NCBI GenBank assembly: GCA_963709345.1
Contig: CAVPVX010000007.1
Span: 608,001-672,000 of the forward strand
Length of the DNA stretch: 64,000 bases
Source of the DNA: an uncultured Actinomycetes bacterium
GTDB taxonomy: Bacteria; Actinomycetota; Thermoleophilia; UBA2241
Direction: 5' to 3'
Shown here: positions 60,714 to 64,000 of the stretch, one piece after another
Layout of the letters: the number at the start of each line of letters is the position of its first letter
Position numbering within the stretch: position 1 is the stretch's first letter
The notes under the pieces: generated by a model
Databases searched by the model: none
Told to the model about the DNA's origin: nothing
Seen by the model: only the letters and a program-made list of their open reading frames with translations
Program-made: the position numbers and the translations under genes

Positions 60714-61790
60714 TCACGCCTCGTTCAGGGCGGCGAACGCCTTCTCGGTGAAGACCAGCGAGCGGGCACGAAGCACCTGCTCGGTGGACAGGGCGGCCAC
60801 CTCCGACGCCTCGGCGTACGGGAGGTTGCGGACCGACTTCGCGACTGTAGGCTCGTCGTGCGTGACGATGAGCACCGGCGCCGCGATGTCGAGGTTGACG
60901 AGGAACTCGTCGACGGTGCGGGTGCTCGGCTCCGCCAGATCCAGGCCGGCGGCCACGAACACGCGCCCGTTCTCCGCCCGGTCGCTGAGAGCCATGGCGA
61001 GAGCCTGGCGCACGACCTTGCGATTGACCTTGATGGCGAAGCTGCGCGGCTGCGGCCCGAAGGCGATGCCACCGCCCACGCGCACGGGGGACTTGACGCT
61101 GCCGGCGCGCGCACGGCCGGTGCCCTTCTGGCGGTAGAGCTTGGCGGTGGAGCCACTGACCTGGCCGCGCGTCTTGCTCGACGCCGTGCCCCGGCGACGT
61201 GCGGCCTGCTCGGCGCGCACGACGAGGTGAAGCGTGTTGACGTCGGCGGGCACGCCGAAGCGATCTTCCGCCAGCTTGCGCGTCTCCAGTTCCTTGCCCG
61301 AGAGATCCACCACAGTCGCGACCCCGGCGGCGCCGCGGCGCGGCTCCGGCGTGGTCTTCTCGGCGGCGGCGGGCTTCGGCGGGCGCTCGGCCACGAGCTT
61401 CTCGGCCGGCGGCGCGGCCTTCCCGGCGGCCGGTTTCTTGGCGGCGGCCTTCTTGGCGGCGGGCTTCGCAGCCGTGGCCTTCTTGGCAGCGGGCTTCTTC
61501 GCCGGCTTCGCAGCGGCTGCCGACTTATCGGCGGCCGGCTCGGCCTTCTCGGCCGCGGGCTTGGCGGCCGGCTTCTTCGCGGCCGGCTTCTTCGCGGCCG
61601 GCTTCTTCGCGGCCGGCTTCTTCGCGGCCGGCTTGTCGACGGCCTTGTCGGAGGCGCCCGTCTCGGCCTGAGCCTTCTTTGCCGCGGGCTTGCGCGCGGC
61701 AGACTTCGCGGCGGCCGGCTCGGTCTCGGTCTTCTCGGGCGCGGCGGCGGCCTCGACGTCTGATGTGTTCTTGATCTCGTCGGCGGTCAC
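60714..61790 (-). CDS. rplD: 50S ribosomal protein uL4 with long PAAKK-rich N-terminal extension
   Basis: [12 protein letters not shown] and [10 protein letters not shown] motifs; GTG start right after rplC. Confidence 0.93.
   Translation of the reverse strand: MTADEIKNTSDVEAAAAPEKTETEPAAAKSAARKPAAKKAQAETGASDKAVDKPAAKKPAAKKPAAKKPAAKKPAAKPAAEKAEPAADKSAAAAKPAKKPAAKKATAAKPAAKKAAAKKPAAGKAAPPAEKLVAERPPKPAAAEKTTPEPRRGAAGVATVVDLSGKELETRKLAEDRFGVPADVNTLHLVVRAEQAARRRGTASSKTRGQVSGSTAKLYRQKGTGRARAGSVKSPVRVGGGIAFGPQPRSFAIKVNRKVVRQALAMALSDRAENGRVFVAAGLDLAEPSTRTVDEFLVNLDIAAPVLIVTHDEPTVAKSVRNLPYAEASEVAALSTEQVLRARSLVFTEKAFAALNEA
61560..61635. repeat. 15-bp tandem repeat (KPAAK)n in the uL4 extension
   Basis: ggccggcttcttcgc repeated four times, plus degenerate copies. 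Confidence 0.9.
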
Positions 61791-61792
61791 TG

Positions 61793-62407
61793 CTACCTAC
61801 CCTTGATGACGACGACGGAGTTCTTGGCGCCCGGAACGGAGCCCTTGATGAGGAGCAGGTTGTTCTCGACGTCACGGCGGACGATCTTGAGTCCCTGCTG
61901 CGTGACGCGTTCCGCTCCCATGTGCCCACTCATGCGCATGCCCTTGAAGACACGGGCCGGATACGCGCTGGCGCCGATAGAACCCGGCTGGCGGACGTTG
62001 TGCGAACCGTGAGTCTCAGGGCCGCGGGAGAAGTTGTGCCGCTTGATGGTGCCCTGGAACCCCTTGCCCTTGCTCACGCCGGCGACGGTGACGGCTTGGC
62101 CATCCTCAAACGCCTCTACAGTGACGGTGTCGCCGACCTTGAGGTCGCCGGCGCCGTCGAACTCCGCGAGGTGACGCATGCCGTGCTTGAGGCCGGCCTT
62201 CTTGAGATGGCCGAGCTCGGGCTTGCTGATGTGCTTGTCCTTACACTCCTCGAAGGCGAGCTGGACGGCCTCGTAGCCGTCGCAATCGAGAGTGCGCACC
62301 TGTGTGACAGGGCACGGCCCAGCCTGCACGACAGTCACGGCGATCACATTGCCGTCGTCGTCGAACAGCTGGGTCATCCCCATCTTTTTGCCGATGATAC
62401 CTGTCAT
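61793..62407 (-). CDS. rplC: 50S ribosomal protein uL3
   Basis: GKKMGMTQ, GKGFQG and HGS..R.PGSIG motifs. Confidence 0.97.
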   Translation of the reverse strand: MTGIIGKKMGMTQLFDDDGNVIAVTVVQAGPCPVTQVRTLDCDGYEAVQLAFEECKDKHISKPELGHLKKAGLKHGMRHLAEFDGAGDLKVGDTVTVEAFEDGQAVTVAGVSKGKGFQGTIKRHNFSRGPETHGSHNVRQPGSIGASAYPARVFKGMRMSGHMGAERVTQQGLKIVRRDVENNLLLIKGSVPGAKNSVVVIKGR

Positions 62408-62411
62408 CGCT

Positions 62412-62720
62412 CTACAGCTTGATCTCGATGTGGACACCGGCCGGCAGATCGAGACGCATCAACTGGTCGACGGTCTTGGGCGTCGGCTGATGGATGTCGA
62501 TGAGCCGTTTGTGCGTGCGGATCTCGAAGTGCTCGCGGGAGTCCTTGTCCTTGAACGGGCTCTTGATCACGCAATACACGTTCTTCTCTGTCGGGAGCGG
62601 CACGGGACCAGAGATGGTCGCGCCACTGCGCTGCGCCGTTTCCACGATGGACTGCGCGCTGCGCTCGATCTGCTCCGGATCGTAAGACTTCAACCTTATG
62701 CGAATCTTCTGCTGAGCCAC
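62412..62720 (-). CDS. rpsJ: 30S ribosomal protein uS10
   Basis: IRIRLK, GPVPLPT and RTHKRLIDI motifs. Confidence 0.97.
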   Translation of the reverse strand: MAQQKIRIRLKSYDPEQIERSAQSIVETAQRSGATISGPVPLPTEKNVYCVIKSPFKDKDSREHFEIRTHKRLIDIHQPTPKTVDQLMRLDLPAGVHIEIKL

Positions 62721-62808
62721 TCTAGCCTTCTCTGTCCTGTTCACGTGGCCGGGCGTGTCGCGCACGCAGGCGTGCTGGGAGCACGCCCGACCCAATCTGA
62801 TCCTGTGC

Positions 62809-64000
62809 CTATTCGATGATCTTGGTGATAGCGCCGGCGCCCACAGTGCGGCCGCCTTCACGGATGGCGAAACGCAGACCCTCGTCCATGGCGATCGGCG
62901 TGATGAGTTTGACTTCCATCACCGTGTTGTCGCCCGGCATGACCATCTCGACACCCTCCTCGAGGGTGATGACGCCGGTCACGTCGGTCGTGCGGAAGTA
63001 GAACTGCGGACGATAGCCGTTGAAGAACGGCGTGTGGCGGCCGCCCTCGTCCTTGGAGAGGACGTACACCTGGGTCAGGAAGTGCGTGTGACCAGTGATG
63101 CTGCCGGGCTTGCAACAGACCATGCCGCGCTCGACCTCTTCGCGCTTGGTGCCGCGCAGCAGCACACCGACGTTGTCGCCGGCACGTCCCTCGTCGAGCA
63201 GCTTACGGAACATCTCGACGCCGGTGACTGTGGTCTTCATGGGCTTTTCGCGCATACCGACGATCTCGATCTCCTCGCCGACCTTGACGATGCCGCGCTC
63301 GACACGGCCGGTGGCGACGGTGCCGCGACCGGTGATCGTGAAGACGTCCTCGACAGGCATGAGGAACGGCTTGTCGACGTCGCGCTCGGGCTGGGGAAGA
63401 TACGAGTCCAGAGCGTCGGTGAGCTCCAGGATGCTCTTGCACCACTCGCAGTCTTCCTTGCCGCAGCCGCACTCGAGGGCCTTGAGGGCCGAGCCCTTGA
63501 TGACCGGCAGATCGTCGCCCGGGAACTCATACTCGCTGAGCAACTCGCGGACTTCCATCTCGACGAGTTCGATGAGCTCGGGGTCGTCGACCAGGTCGAC
63601 CTTGTTCATGTAGACGATGATGTTCGGCACGTTGACCTGATGCGCCAGGAGGATGTGCTCGCGGGTCTGCGGCATGGGGCCGTCGTCCGCGCCCACCACG
63701 AGGATCGCCGCATCCATCTGGGCGGCGCCGGTGATCATGTTCTTGATGTAGTCGGCGTGGCCCGGGCAGTCGACGTGAGCGTAGTGGCGCTTCTCGGTCT
63801 CGTACTCGACGTGCGCGGTAGCGATGGTGATGCCGCGCTCGCGCTCTTCCGGCGCCTTGTCGATCATGTCGAACGCGGTGAACTCCGTGTTGCCACCGCG
63901 GTTGTGCAGCACGAGCGTGATCGCAGCGGTGAGTGTGGTCTTGCCATGGTCGACGTGACCGATGGTGCCCACGTTCATATGGGGCTTGCTGCGGTCAAAC
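62809..64000 (-). CDS. tuf: Elongation factor Tu (5' end beyond the window)
   Basis: [21 protein letters not shown] and GGRHTPFF motifs. Confidence 0.98.
   Translation of the reverse strand, partial: FDRSKPHMNVGTIGHVDHGKTTLTAAITLVLHNRGGNTEFTAFDMIDKAPEERERGITIATAHVEYETEKRHYAHVDCPGHADYIKNMITGAAQMDAAILVVGADDGPMPQTREHILLAHQVNVPNIIVYMNKVDLVDDPELIELVEMEVRELLSEYEFPGDDLPVIKGSALKALECGCGKEDCEWCKSILELTDALDSYLPQPERDVDKPFLMPVEDVFTITGRGTVATGRVERGIVKVGEEIEIVGMREKPMKTTVTGVEMFRKLLDEGRAGDNVGVLLRGTKREEVERGMVCCKPGSITGHTHFLTQVYVLSKDEGGRHTPFFNGYRPQFYFRTTDVTGVITLEEGVEMVMPGDNTVMEVKLITPIAMDEGLRFAIREGGRTVGAGAITKIIE

Noticed and set aside
62769-62787. 8-bp hairpin between tuf and rpsJ as an S10 leader element
   Set aside because: Too short and GC-rich to distinguish from chance without comparative data.

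Overview
High-GC bacterial chromosome segment, most genes on the minus strand. Leaderless TAnnnT promoters and the protein sequences suggest an anaerobic Actinomycetota (possibly Thermoleophilia-like); this taxonomy is inference. The housekeeping backbone is tuf-S10-spc-alpha, ecfA1A2T-truA, and rsmI...metG-tatD-rsmA-ispE-tRNA-Gln-glmU-prs-rplY-pth...mfd. Two redox islands interrupt it. Island 1 (about 18.4-27.9 kb): rex, a response regulator, trimeric HydCBA (group A3-type [FeFe]-hydrogenase), a sensory [FeFe]-hydrogenase fused to a histidine kinase, a second receiver, and a REC-PAS-kinase. Island 2 (38.4-46.5 kb): ArsR, TusA, an atypical MvhD, HdrL-like and HdrA flavoproteins, a winged-helix protein, HdrC-like and single-CCG proteins, DsrE, and an FmdB-type zinc ribbon ending GFG-UGA-G followed by a SECIS-like hairpin (probable selenoprotein). 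Four Rex-like operators lie in front of genes in both islands, suggesting one NADH-sensed regulon that links H2 metabolism to an Hdr/sulfur-carrier system. Also present: an Lrp-aminotransferase-agmatinase cluster, a ferredoxin, two internally deleted gene remnants, ribosomal proteins with low-complexity extensions, and eight frameshifts (all +1) that probably reflect sequencing error.
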